DNA from: Macrostomum hystrix
Taxonomy: Eukaryota > Animalia > Platyhelminthes
DNA length: 64,000 nt
Direction of reading: 5' to 3'
NCBI GenBank assembly: GCA_950097015.1
Contig: CATNEN010000034.1
Location: 2,046,001 to 2,110,000 of the forward strand
Shown here piece by piece: positions 1-33,408 of this stretch (positions are counted from its first letter, which is position 1; every line of letters begins with the position of its first letter). The notes under the pieces were generated by a model. The model searched no databases and had not been told where the DNA came from. It saw only the letters and a program-made list of their open reading frames with translations. The position numbers and the translations under genes were made by a program.

Positions 1-3000
1 CCTGGGTGTGCTACTGGACATCGGCTTCCCGGACCACAGCCTAGCCAGGGACAAGCGGGAGGCTTTCAGGCACTTCATGGAGGCGGCGAGCCACGGGCTG
101 CTGCACGCGGCCATCATGGTGGGCAAGTACCGGCGCCGTCACATGCCTGAGATCGGACTGCCGAGGGATCTCGGACAGGCGACTGAGTGAGCGGCCTTTG
201 CTCTGGTCTACTGCACCACCTGGTAATGTGTAGTATGGGGAATGAGCGGCAGAGCGGTATCACGCGTTTGCCTCTCGCAACAAAGTCCCTTTGTGATTAT
301 GAAGTACAGTGGTCAATAATAAAAATGAAAGAATATAATATAATGCTCCTGAGTACTCGCGCACAAAGATACTGTACGCAGGCACACGCTCACACAGGTG
401 TGTACATCTGCCCTGACTTTCTCATCGTCAGGCAGTGCACACTTTCAATGTTCCTTGGAGTTTGGCCTTTAAGGGCGTAAATTGCCCCGACAAGCCTCCA
501 AGCCTTCTCTCCGCGGCTGCGCCTCAAATAAATGTGGCCTCACAGCGGAATCGAGCTTTGGGACCTTGGTGCGAGAGGCTAACGCGTTAGCCTGCTTTGT
601 CACTCACCCACAGCGGTTGTCACTCACCCACAGCGGTTGTCACTCACCCACAGCGGTTAGTGCTTCGTACTTTCGAAAGGTCGATCGGTACGCGCATAGT
701 TCGGTCCTCACTCAAATGGAAACAATTTTCGCGCCTAAGCAAGACACTTATTTCCCATTTCCCAGTTAGAATAGAAATACGGGTGGGCCAATCCTGTCCA
801 TGGACTAAACTGTTGTACGCAGCCTTCGCGCATTGGCTACGACTGTGAAGCGTTGTTACAAGTACTGCCTGTTGTTACGCAGAATCTCAAAACGAAAAAG
901 AAACCCTAACACCTCGCACCGACACTCAGGTGGTCTCGTTTTGTGGCCGAACTAAATCCGAAAGTTGGAGCACTGCTCACCAAAGCCATTGTGGCCTACC
1001 GCAAGGATCAAACGTAAGTGCATTGTCGCTAAAAATAGAATGACTGCGCTATTTCCCACCTGGGCAAAAGACCAAAGGTATTTTAAATAGCCAATGACTA
1101 AGATTTTCCTGAAATGCCACCACATGGATGAATGTCTATGGCGAATCCAGATTGGTTTAGTAATATAGTTATAAATGTATTCAATAAAGTACAATCAACC
1201 AAAATAGCCCACATGGTTCCATGATGAAACTTTTTTAGCAGAAAATTAATGCTAGCAATTGTAGTTTTTGCCACCAGACACCCCGACGAGAATCATTGAA
1301 TATCTCGCTGATGCCGATGCATTGTTTTTCTGGAAGTCGTTTAATCGTGTTCTGGATTTTCACGGCGATTGATTGAATATTTTAGTAGACACAAAAAGAA
1401 AGTATGCGCGTTTAAAATTATGGATCTAAGGCAAAATCTGGAATCTCCACTCTAATATACCGACAGTGAAGTTTCAGCTCTTTGGTACACACTGGCTGCC
1501 TATTGCGGCCTTGAGGTGGCAAATTTTAACCTGGCCTACCTGTGCGACCAGCACGGTAACAAGTTGACCAGTCGGTTTGCTAAGGAATGCCAGTTTCATC
1601 ACTATAACAGAAGTGTTTGTCGCGATGAAAATCAGGTGCACTCCAAGTGTAAGTGAAAATCTGAACTAAATAATGCATTTCACTCACTTTCCTACTGGAA
1701 GTAGTGAGTTCCATAGAACGCGTGGATCTAGTAGCCGAGTGTTTAGAGCTTGGGGTATCGTTAGGGTTAGGGTTAGGTTTTGGGTTAGGGTTAGGGTTAG
1801 GGTTTGTGCAATTCAAACCCTTGAGGGCCAACCTCCAAGGCGCAGTGAGAGTGTACACTGCCTGACGATGAGAAAGATGTACAGGGCAGATGTACACACT
1901 TGTGTGAGCGTGTTCTGTGTGCGTGTGTGCTCAGGAGTCAGCGGAAGGGGCAGAATTGCCTCCTCGCTGGGTGCGGGTCTATTGTCACCAAATGGTGTGT
2001 CATTGCCTGCAGCCCTCCTGCAATAAGCTACAGCTACAGCATTTGAAGGCTGCGTACAGCTGTTCAGACCATAGACTGCTGATGCTGTTACCCATTTAAA
2101 GGCTGGGTGAACTGAAGCAATGCAGACTTAACCCTAACCCTAACCCTAACCCTAACCCTAACCCTAACCCTGTGAACCAGCTAAATATGACTGGTTTAAT
2201 TTAAAAGTACTATATACTGTGCCTATTAAAATAATCGCTTACCGCTTTTCTGCAAACCACGCGTGCCCTTTTCAGCGCTGACCCGTATGGGAGACTATCA
2301 CAGCCAGGGTCCTGCCCATGCTGCCAATCTGACCGCAGCCATCCAGTTCTACTTTCGCGCCGTCAACAAGGGCGACCCGGAGGCCGCCTTCAATCTGGCT
2401 TTGATGGCCGAAACGGGCCGCTTAACACCGGAGCGAGCCAGCGAGCTAGCAGCTCTGTCTGACCAGGGCGACGGCAAGGGCGACCCAAGCTGGTTGCTGA
2501 TGGGTCCTGAGGCCAGGACAGCGTTCCGGCTATACAGACTGTGAGGCTCTCTGACTTCTCTGTGCAGCCTGACTCCCAATCCCTGACTCTCCCAATCCCT
2601 GACTCTCCCAATCCCTGACTCTCCCAATCCCTGACTCTCCCAATCCCTGACTCTCCCAATCCCTGACTCCCAATCCCTGACTCTCCCAATCCCTGACTCT
2701 CCCAATCCCTGACTTTCTCAATCCCTGACTCTCCCAATCCCTGACTCTCCCAATCCCTGACTTTCTCAATCCCTGACTCTCCCAATCCCTGACTCTCCCA
2801 ATCCCTGACTCTCCCAATCCCTGACTCTCCCAATCCCTGACTCCCAATCCCTGACTCCCAATCCCTGACTCTCCCAATCCCTGACTCTCCCAATCCCTGA
2901 CTTTCTCAATCCCTGACTCTCCCAATCCCTGACTTTCTCAATCCCTGACTCTCCCAATCCCTGACTCTCCCAATCCCTGACTCTCCCAATCCCTGACTCT

Positions 3001-4442
3001 CCCAATCCCTGACTCTCCCAATCCCTGACTCTCCCAATCCCTGACTCTCCCAATCCCTGACTTTCTCAATCCCTGACTCTCCCAATCCCTGACTCTCCCA
3101 ATCCCTGACTCTCCCAATCCCTGACTCTCCCAATCCCTGACTCTCCCAATCCCTGACTCTCCCAATCCCTGACTCCCAATCCCTGACTCTCCCAATCCCT
3201 GACTCTCCCAATCCCTGACTTTCTCAATCCCTGACTCTCCCAATCCCTGACTCTCCCAATCCCTGACTTTCTCAATCCCTGACTCTCCCAATCCCTGACT
3301 CTCCCAATCCCTGACTCTCCCAATCCCTGACTCTCCCAATCCCTGACTCTCCCAATCCCTGACTCTCCCAATCCCTGACTCTCCCAATCCCTGACTCTCC
3401 CAATTCCTGACTCTCCCAATCCCTGACTCTCCCAATCCCTGACTCTCCCAATCCCTGACTCTCCCAATCCCTGACTCTCCCAATCCCTGACTCTCCCAAT
3501 CCCTGACTTTCTCAACCCTGACTCTCTCAACCCCTGACTCTCGCAATCCCTGACTCTCTCAATCCCTGACTCTCTCTCAATCCCTGACTCTCTCAATCCC
3601 TGATTCTCTCTCAATCCCTGACTCTCTCTCAACCCAGACGCTTTCAACCCTGACTCTCTCAACCCTGACTTTCTCAACCCTGACTCTCTCAACCCTGACT
3701 CTCTCAACCCTGACTTTCTCAACCCTGACGCTCTCAACCCTGACGCTCTCAACCCTGACTCTCTCAACCCTGACTCTCTCAACCCTGACTTTCTCAACCC
3801 TGACTCTCTCAACCCTGACGCTCTCAACCTTGACTCTCTCAACCCTGACTCTCTCAACCCTGACTCTCTCAACCCTGACTTTCTCAGCCCTGACTCTCTC
3901 AACCCTGACGCTCTCAATCCTGACTCTCTCAACCCTGACTCTCTCAACTTTGTCTCTCTCTCAATCTCTGACTCTCTCCATCCTTGAGTCTCTCCCAAAC
4001 TGTATATTGGATTTTTGCATTTAAGTGCATCTGCTAGTTAGTAAAAAGACAAAGAACTGCGGTCAAGGACAAGAAATGGCCTTTGTAAAAAGATTGCTTT
4101 GCAAAGTAGGGCTTCAGATCGATAACACTCTGCCAAGTGGGTACTGCTTAAGTTGTCTCAAATGTTTGCTTTGAAGCCTAGATACACTTTCCAAGCAATA
4201 GCACTATGAGCAGTTTACAGTGTGAACAGTGATCCAATCCAATCAATCCAATCAACTCATTGTTGAGCAGGTGCGAGAAGCTTTCCAAGACTGAGACAGA
4301 TCTGCCGTGTCGGCTGGCTCGGTACAAGCTGAAACTGCTCACTTATATTTCTCACTATTTGGATATTGTTAGAGGCTCATTGCTGGCCAGCCTACTTGCT
4401 CTGGTGGCTTGGAGATTCATGTGCGGCAGTCTGAGGAACTGA
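1..4442 (+). CDS. SEL1L3-like Sel1-repeat membrane protein, 3' portion (5' end before window)
   Basis: Exons <1-186, 930-1013, 1467-1648, 2276-2540, 4271-4442; all GT-AG and phase-consistent (295 aa to TGA). Translation ...RDLGQATEWSRFVAE...LAAYCGLEVANFNLAYLCD...LTRMGDY...GDPEAAFNLALMAE...LYRLCEK...LPCRLA...GSLLASLLALVAWRF follows, from memory, the Sel1-repeat order and C-terminal TM of vertebrate SEL1L3. No database search run. Confidence 0.85.
362..592 (-). mobile_element. SINE-A (tRNA-headed SINE), 3'-truncated copy
   Basis: Matches the dispersed consensus at 52572-52960: head ...CTCTCGCACCAAGGTCCC.AAGCTCGATTCCG and body GCCTGACGATGAGAAAGTCAGG; lacks the 3' hairpin and tail. Confidence 0.85.
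597..657. repeat. 20-bp tandem repeat x3 (GTCACTCACCCACAGCGGTT) spanning the 5' junction of the SINE-A copy
   Basis: Three units seen directly; on the minus strand each ends in GGGTGAGTGACAA, which resembles the SINE-A 5' end. Confidence 0.85.
1760..1803 (+). repeat. Interstitial telomeric repeat (TTAGGG)n, ~7 units, one degenerate
   Basis: gttagggttagggttaggttttgggttagggttagggttagggt. Confidence 0.9.
1804..2024 (+). mobile_element. SINE-A, 5'-truncated copy
   Basis: ttgagggccaacctccaagg...gcctgacgatgagaaag...gctcaggagtcagc...gaattgcctcctcgctgg...gcagccctcctgcaataa matches the 3' half of the consensus. Confidence 0.85.
2045..2128 (-). mobile_element. CORE-type SINE fragment (5'-truncated)
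   Basis: gaaggctgcgtacagc...tacccattt...ggtgaactgaagcaatgcaga is shared with the longer copy at 18350-18627. Confidence 0.75.
2129..2171 (-). repeat. Interstitial telomeric repeat (CCCTAA)7
   Basis: taaccctaaccctaaccctaaccctaaccctaaccctaaccct. Confidence 0.92.
2568..3950. repeat. Minisatellite, 16-bp CCCTGACTCTCCCAAT grading into 15-bp CCCTGACTCTCTCAA
   Basis: Read directly; fills SEL1L3-like intron 4. Confidence 0.95.
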
Positions 4443-4871
4443 GTGTCCATTTTTTCAATGCGTCGGAGCTGAATTTATTTCAAAACTGCATCGGTGACGG
4501 CTATTCTAGAAACCCGTGTCACTGGCTGTCTACTAACTTTGGTCTTCAGAAGTTTCTAGTGAGCTTTGCATGTCCTTTGTAGTCAACTAAAGCGGCATTT
4601 AATATACGAATACTATTTGCTTTGATCACAAATCAAATTTTGCTTTTGGAATTTCGGAACCTGCAAATGCATGATATTACATTTTGCCACGGTGTATGCT
4701 AAGCCTCCTATTTATGATATTTAACGCTTTTTCCGATAGTAGAAAAATATACTGAAAGCTGCTAGTAACGAAACAGCTTAACACTGAGAGCTGCCATGAC
4801 TATTCAGTGTCTGACTGGCTCAATAAAAATGCTTGCAAATTTTCGCTAAAGGCTAGAAAGATAGAAAGGAT

Positions 4872-5292
4872 TGTGGGAGACAATGGGAGAGATTGTGGGA
4901 GACAATGGGAGAGATTGTGGCAGACAATGGGAGATATTGTGGGAGAGATTGTGGGAGACAATGGGAGAGATTGTGGGAGAGATTGTGGGAGACAATGGGA
5001 GAGATTGTGGGAGAGATTGTGGGAGACAATGGGAGAGATTGTGGGAGACAACGGGAGAGATTGTGGGAGAGATTGTGGGAGACAATGGGAGAGATTGTGG
5101 GAGACAATGGGAGAGATTGTGGGAGACAATGCAAGAGACTGTGAGAGACAATGGGAGAGATTTTCAGAGACAATGGGAGAGATTTTCGCAGAAAATTGGA
5201 GAGATTGTTGGAGACGAACGGTGAGATTGTGGGAGACGAACGGTGAGATTGTTGGAGACGAACGGTGAGATTGTGGGAGACAATGGGAGAGA
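4872..5292. repeat. Minisatellite, GGGAGAGATTGT/GGGAGACAAT mixed 10-12-bp subunits
   Basis: Read directly; intergenic. Confidence 0.9.
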
Positions 5293-5824
5293 GAACAGAA
5301 AGAGACAAATGCAATGTTAAATCGAAGACTTCAGTGCAGATTATCAGGCCTTTCCTATTTATGAGAACAAACAGGTGCTTAAAAGTGAACTAAAAGCTAG
5401 TTACTAAGTTAATCAGTGATTATTTTGCTTGTGACTCTGGACTGTTATTGAAGCTGAAAGAAATTTTGTTACGTAGATTTTTTTCAACATGCAGTGTGTT
5501 GTCTTTTGTGTTTGCTGGAGCAATTAAGAGGAGTGCGTGATCTTTGAATTGTTTCAAATGCGGAGTGTGATGCCAATCAATTCAAATTGACGAAGCTTGT
5601 GAGGATAAAACTTCTTTATAGGATGAAATGTACTCATTTATGAAACATGTAAAACCAAAACTTTTTTGTCCATTAAACGGATGAAACTGAAATGTATTTA
5701 GTTCGTTAAACCGATAAACGAAAGTAAATAGTTAATTTAATCGCTAACTATGACAATTATCTTAAGTTTTGGTCCGTTAAATCAGTAAAGGCCAAAAAAG
5801 GCAAAAGTAGCTTTAATTCTTGAA

Positions 5825-5907
5825 CAGTAGAAGGACCACGTGGGCATTTCAGATATCCAAATTATTATTATTTTTCTATATCTCCTAAAATATTCAACCA
5901 ATCGCAA
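5825..5907 (+). mobile_element. Truncated left end of the CAGT...ACTG MITE family
   Basis: Begins CAGTAGAAGGACCAC (exact reverse complement of the right end at 53383-53397) and shares TCTCCTAAAATATTCAACC with the 53015 copy. Confidence 0.65.
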
Positions 5908-5912
5908 CCTGT

Positions 5913-6086
5913 TGGTCACTTCGTCAACTGCCAGTGATGGGGCCCAAACATGTTGGTCACTTCGTCAACCGCCAGTGATGGGGCCCAAACATGTTGGTCA
6001 CTTCGTCAACCGCCAGTAAGGCCACCCACGCATTTTGGTCATTTCGTCAACTCGGTTGACGAAAGGGCTAGTTGACGAAGTGACCA
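5913..6086. repeat. Foldback element: 41-bp tandem x~2.7 with terminal inverted TGGTCACTTCGTCAAC / GTTGACGAAGTGACCA
   Basis: Units start at 5911, 5952, 5993; perfect 16-bp inverted copy at 6071-6086; internal hairpin TTTCGTCAAC-TCG-GTTGACGAAA. Confidence 0.7.
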
Positions 6087-6417
6087 TCACCCTTTGAAAT
6101 ACCTCAAATATCTTTCTACAGTTAAGCGATATCAGGGTCCGTTTGTCTACATCGAGCTCCATGACTTGAACAGAAACAGCGCGTGAGAATGGAAACCACC
6201 CCATGACAAACACTATTGTCCAACAAGCAGCATCAAGAAATTGCTTCACACTTTTTTGTTAAAGTCAATAAATAACTGAGCATCGCAGCTGTCAACAAAG
6301 CTATATTTTTGTCAACCGCCTCGCTGGTGTCGCGCTGTGCGACTCACATTTTTTTAGGTTAGCAGCGTAAATACAGTTTTGTCCTCATCTGAACTTACAA
6401 TTCATTTTAGAATAGAT

Positions 6418-6811
6418 AGAGGAGAAAGGAGAGAGGAGAGAGAAGAGAGGAGAGAGAAAAGAGGAAAGAGGAGACAGGAGAGAGGAGAGAGGAGAGAGGA
6501 GAGAGGAGAGAGGAGACAGGAGAGAGGAGACAGGAGACAGGAGAGAGAAGAGAGGAGAGAGGAGAGAGGAGAGAGGAGACAGGAGAGAGGAGACATGAGA
6601 CAGGAGAGAGAAGAGAGGAGAGAGAAAAGAGGAAAGAGGAGACAGGAGAGAGAAGAGAGGAGAGAGGAGAGAGGAGAGAGGAGACAGGAGAGAGAAGAGA
6701 GGAGACAGGAGAGAGGAGACAGGAGACAGGAGAGAGAAGAGAGGAGAGAAAAGAGAGGAGAGAGGAGAGAGGAGAGAGGAGACAGGAGACAGGAGAGAGG
6801 AGACAGGAGAG

Positions 6812-6845
<34 letters not shown>

Positions 6846-7526
6846 GAGGAGACATGAGACAGGAGAGAGAAGAGAGGAGAGAGAAAATAGGAAAGAGGAG
6901 ACAGGAGAGAGAAGAGATGAGAGAGGAGAGAGGAGAGAGGAGACAGGAGAGAGGAGACAGGAGAGAGAAGAGATGAGAGAGGAGAGAGGAGAGAGGAGAC
7001 AGGAGAGAGGAGACAGGAGAGAGAAGAGAGGAGAGAGGAGAGAGGAGAGAGGAGAGAGGAGACAGGAGAGAGGAGACAGGAGACAGGAGAGAGAAGAGAG
7101 GATAGAGGATAGAGGAGAGAGGAGACAGGAGAGAGGAGAGAGGAGACAGGAGAGAAAAGAGAGGAGAGAGGAGAGAGGAGAGAGGAGACAGGAGAGAGGA
7201 GACATGAGACAGGAGAGAGAAGAGAGGAGAGAGAAAAGAGGAAAGAGGAGACAGGAGAGAGAAGAGAGGAGAGAGGAGAGAGGAGAGAGGAGACATGAGA
7301 GAGGAGACAGGAGACAGGAGAGAGAAGAGAGGAGAGAGAAAAGAGGAAAGAGGAGACAGGAGAGAGGAGACAGGAGACAGGAGAGAGAAGAGAGGAGAGA
7401 GGAGACAGGAGAGAGGAGAGAGGAGACAGGAGAGAGGAGAGAGGAGACAGGAGAGAGGAGACAGGAGACAGGAGAGATAAGAGAGGAGACAGGAGAGAGG
7501 AGACAGGAGACAGGAGAGAGGAGACA
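6418..7526. repeat. Purine-rich (GAGAG/GAGACAG)n low-complexity array
   Basis: Read directly; ends ~350 bp upstream of the Shaw ATG. Confidence 0.95.
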
Positions 7527-7872
7527 ACCTCATGGATCATCTCGGAGGCCAATGGACGTGCGCCGTCCCTCGAAGCGGCAACGCCCAAGCTCACCGGGCA
7601 TTCCAGTTTTGCCTCTCCCAGTTTCTCCCGGCTCGGAGTGGGCGAATGGGCTCCGTTCCCACCACACCCCCTCTTCCCTTCTCTTCCTCGCCCCCTCCCG
7701 GTCCGCTCGTGGATGAGGTGGATGTGAAAACAGAAGCAAAAACTGCGAACGGCTCTGGTAAAGGCACTCCCTCGCCGTGAGCTCGCCAGCAGACAATAGT
7801 TCCAGCGGACTATCTAGGACCTTCTGTCCATATTATCTCGCACACCCGATTTCGGAGCCGCCGAGGGACGCA

Positions 7873-28988
<21,116 letters not shown>

Positions 28989-29997
28989 TCAGCGAAGCAG
29001 GCTGAAAATCACTTCCTGAACAATCCAGATCTATTTTCTTTAAATTCTGATTTTACTTTTTCCTGGTCTGTGTCTTAACGAACAGTTTTGTTCACAGAAA
29101 ACCGGTTTTGTGTTATTATTGACCTTCTTCTTTTGGAACACAGATTGTTTTTCGTTGACCTGTTGTCTGAATAGAACAGAAAATTTAATGTGAAAGCAGA
29201 TTATTATGGCTCTAGATAAAAGCAGTGCCGCACCCTGTTTGTTGTACTCGTTAGGTGCACATGGTTTGTTTTTCGAATATCTCAAACTCATGGCACTAAC
29301 AAAAATGAATATTTTTTATCTAGTATGATTATTATTGATTGCACCAAATCTATAATAGAGTCTGCAGCATTCCAATACCGGCCTATTTGTATTCATTCAG
29401 TCGCTAAATTCACAGTTTGAAAGTTGACGATATCTACCGCACAAAGCCATTTGCATTTAAGCACAGGCACTGTTTTCTATATATCCAACTGTACTAAATC
29501 ACAAATTAACCGAATTTCTTGTCAACTCGCACAGACTAATAGAAACACTAGTTTTCTTCCCAGTCCTGAATTAGTCTCTATCCACCCTGTCCTTTTTTGT
29601 CTCCGATTGCACTTTAAGTCACTGTTAGGTCGCACAAGAAACCTATTGCTGATTTGTACAGACAATCCAGTTTTTTATTCCATATCAGAGTGTCTATAAG
29701 CTCTCCACAATGTGTGCCTCTGTTCCTAACTGACATAATTTCTATGCAGCATATAAATAATGTTTATATGATTATTTCTACTATCCTGTTGTGCGCCATT
29801 AGCACTGTGATCAGAATAAGCCTGCATGTGCAATGGCGGAATGCAATAGAAAGAATTACTGATTGAAAATGCGACTAATTCCTTTAGCATGCGGCTAAAA
29901 ATATAACTATTTATTTTTCTCTTCTGATCAAAGGCCTAACCGACTTCGAAGTAAATATTTGTCATTTTTAACCCCACTGAATATTTCGGTTTCAAAC

Positions 29998-30665
29998 TAT
30001 CTACCAGTGTCAGCCTACCCTATCTACCAGTCTCAACCTACCCTATCTACCAGTCTCAACCTACCCTATCTACCAGTCTTAACCTACCCTATCTACCAGT
30101 CTCAAACTACCCTATCTACAATTCTCAACCTACCCTATCTACCAGTCTCAACCTACCCTATCTACCAGTCTCAACCTACCCTATCTACCAGTCTCAACCT
30201 ACCCTATCTACCAGTCTCAACCTACCCTATCTACCAGTCTCAACCTACACTATCTACCAGTCTCAACCTACACTATCTACCAGTCTCAAACTACCCTATC
30301 TACCAGTCTCAACCTACACTATCTACCAGTCTCAAACTACCCTATCTACCAGTCTCAACCTACCCTATCTACCAGTCTCAACCTACCCTATCTACCAGTC
30401 TCAACCTACCCTATCTACCAGTCTCAACCTACCCTATCTACCAGTCTCAACCTACACTATCTACCAGTCTCAACCTACACTATCTACCAGTCTCAAACTA
30501 CCCTATCTACCAGTCTCAACCTACCCTATCTACCAGTCTCAACCTACCCTATCTACCAGTCTCAACCTACCCTATCTACCAGTCTCAAACTACCCTATCT
30601 ACCAGTCTCAATCTACACTATCTACCAGTCTCAACCTACCCTATCTACCAGCCTAAGCCTACCCA
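29998..30665. repeat. 23-bp minisatellite CTATCTACCAGTCTCAACCTACC
   Basis: Read directly; between the convergent genes. Confidence 0.95.
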
Positions 30666-31227
30666 AACTACCTGTCTTAATCTATCAGACTCACTCCACC
30701 CAATCTACCTGACTCACCGCACCGTAGTATTACCATTCTCAGCTGACTCAGCAGAACTCAAAAAAACAAAAAAACTTACTGTTGAAAATTTCGCCGCAAA
30801 AGTCTAAGCTCACAAGTATAAGTTGTGTAAATTGGACGATAGACGAAAATGTGTAGATCGCTCAAAGGTATGTATACCTATATAATTTATATATGCGTAT
30901 ATTAATGGAGTTGAAATAAATGAGAACAGTTTTGTAGAACTACAAAACAGATAGTGTAGTACAGAACTCCATAGTAGCAAAATTGTTTGCCAATACAATT
31001 ATTATTCTCGGCTCTGAAATAGGTAATTTTCTTTCAATAAAATTAAAATAAATTGCTAATCGATTTAGCAGCAATAATAGAGTGACTAACAGTGAATTTC
31101 TAGCTGCACAAAAGCTTGTTAAAATAGAATAAAGGTACAGAGATTGCGGAGAAATTTCAATAGAACAACTGTAGCATGCGCATGTACTATGAAATATAGA
31201 TAGTGATTAAAGAAATTTTAGGGAAAT

Positions 31228-31460
31228 GAAGGTGAGAAGAGAGGAGAGAGGAGAGACGGGAGAGGAGAGAGGGGAGAGAGGAGAGGGGAGAGGGAGAAGA
31301 GAGAGGGGAGAGAGGGGAGAGGACAGAGGAAGAGGAGAGAGGAGAGGGGAGGGTAGAGAGACGGGAGAGGAGAGAGGAGAAAGGGAAGAGGAGAGAGGAG
31401 AGAGAAGAGAGGGGAGAGGAGAGAGGGGAGAGAGGGGAGAGGACATAGAGAGAGGAGAAA
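31228..31460. repeat. Purine-rich (GAGAG)n low-complexity tract
   Basis: Read directly. Confidence 0.88.
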
Positions 31461-32204
31461 GAAGGTGCTCTGAGAGTAAGCGCAGGAGAAGAGATGAAGA
31501 CACGAGGGTAGAGAAAAAGGAAATATAATAGACAAGAGACACAGATCAGACAGAACAGGCAGCAAATGAGGCATATACAGACGAATGCATCAGTAAACAA
31601 GCTGTGTACAAATGTGTAAAAATAAAATGATAAACAGCAACCCAGGAAACAGGCTATCGCACATGCAATACGATTGTAATGTCAATAGTCACAATTGTAG
31701 TAACAATTGAATTAAACAACTGTAACAGTGAAACAAATGTCCAATATAAAGACACATGGAGGTACCTGGACAAAGGACCAATAGAAATGTCAGCACTGGA
31801 CTACTTAAAACTAGTATATTTTACATCCTCTAATAATAAGTGGCTTTGGCCAAATGAGACAAAATAATCGAATTCATATCAAATCAATCGACAGCACAAA
31901 TATAAGAAAAAAGCTAGCATTAACTCACAAAATTAACAACAGGATCGCAAACTGAAACATTTAAATAAAACATAGTTTTATTAGAGACAGAGATTAACCA
32001 GTGACTAAAGCTGCAAAACAGACAGGCTTAAGGAAAATTGCCTTATAACACAATGCGGTAAATTAATACCTGAAATAAGTGTAGCGTTAACACTCGACAG
32101 TTAATATCCCAAATTAACGACATTTGAATATAAGAATATAGACAAGGGCACCGGAAGCCTACGACTCCGATTTGATTACTGCAGTACACATGAGCACACT
32201 TTCA

Positions 32205-33090
32205 CACTATGCTCAGATCTCCAGTACACAGACTTGTACACTATGCTCAGATCTCCAGTACACAGACTTGTACACTATGCTCGGATCTCCAGTACACAGA
32301 CTTGTACACTATGCTCGGATCTCCAGTACACAGACTTGTACACTATGCTCAGATCTCCAGTACACAGACTTGTACACTATGCTCAGATCTCCAGTACACA
32401 GACTTGTACACTATGCTCGGATCTCCAGTACACAGACTTGTACACTATGCTCAGATCTCCAGTACACAGACTTGTACACTATGCTCAGATCTCCAGTACA
32501 CAGACTTGTACACTATGCTCGGATCTCCAGTACACAGACTTGTACACTATGCTCGGATCTCCAGTACACAGACTTGTACACTATGCTCAGATCTCCAGTA
32601 CACAGACTTGTACACTATGCTCGGATCTCCAGTACACAGACTTGTACACTATGCTCAGATCTCCAGTACACAGACTTGTACACTATGCTCGGATCTCCAG
32701 TACAGAGACTTGTACACTATGCTCAGATCTCCAGTACACAGACTTGTACACTATGCTCAGATCTCCAGTACACAGACTTGCACACTATGCTCGGATCTCC
32801 AGTACGCAGACTTGTAGACTATGCTCGGATCTCCAGTACAGAGACTTGTACACTATGCTCAGATCTCCAGTACACAGACTTGTACACTATGCTCAGATCT
32901 CCAGTACACAGACTTGTACACTATGCTCGGATCTCCAGTACAGAGACTTGTACACTATGCTCAGATCTCCAGTACACAGACTTGTACACTATGCTCAGAT
33001 CTCCAGTACACAGACTTGTACACTATGCTCGGATCTCCAGTACACAGACTTGTACACTATGCTTAAAATCTACAGTACACAGACTTGTAC
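32205..33090. repeat. 34-bp minisatellite CACTATGCTC(A/G)GATCTCCAGTACACAGACTTGTA x~26
   Basis: Read directly. Confidence 0.95.
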
Positions 33091-33408
33091 ATGAAATTAT
33101 GTTCTGTATCACCCACCCATCTTGTGTAAAATGTAACAAGGAAAAGTAGTACTCTATGCAAATATCTGTGTTGGATAATATTTGTATTACATGTACGTAC
33201 GCGAAAGGTTCTATGACAACAGAAATATCTGACAAGCCTTAGAGTCAGTTGCTATAGCTTCCGGGATCAGAATACCAAGGAAAAATAAATGCCAAGTGAT
33301 TCGTCTGTAAGATAAAAGAGAAAAATCTGAGGCATCCAAACTAAAATTATGCCTTCCATTATTAATCAATCCACTGGCCACACAAAAAGAAAAACATACA
33401 TTTCCGGG

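Noticed and set aside
1861-1875. Hammerhead-like CTGACGA...GAAA in the SINE-A body
   Set aside because: Only 3 nt (TGA) lie between the motifs, so there is no stem II; the segment forms a simple CCTGAC/GTCAGG hairpin instead.
7532-7805. Upstream ORF (82 aa) joined to Shaw via a 23-29-nt intron; similar 29-nt intron candidate at ~47657-47686
   Set aside because: The smallest supported introns in this window are ~71-86 nt, and [14 protein letters not shown] already matches the usual Shaw N-terminus.
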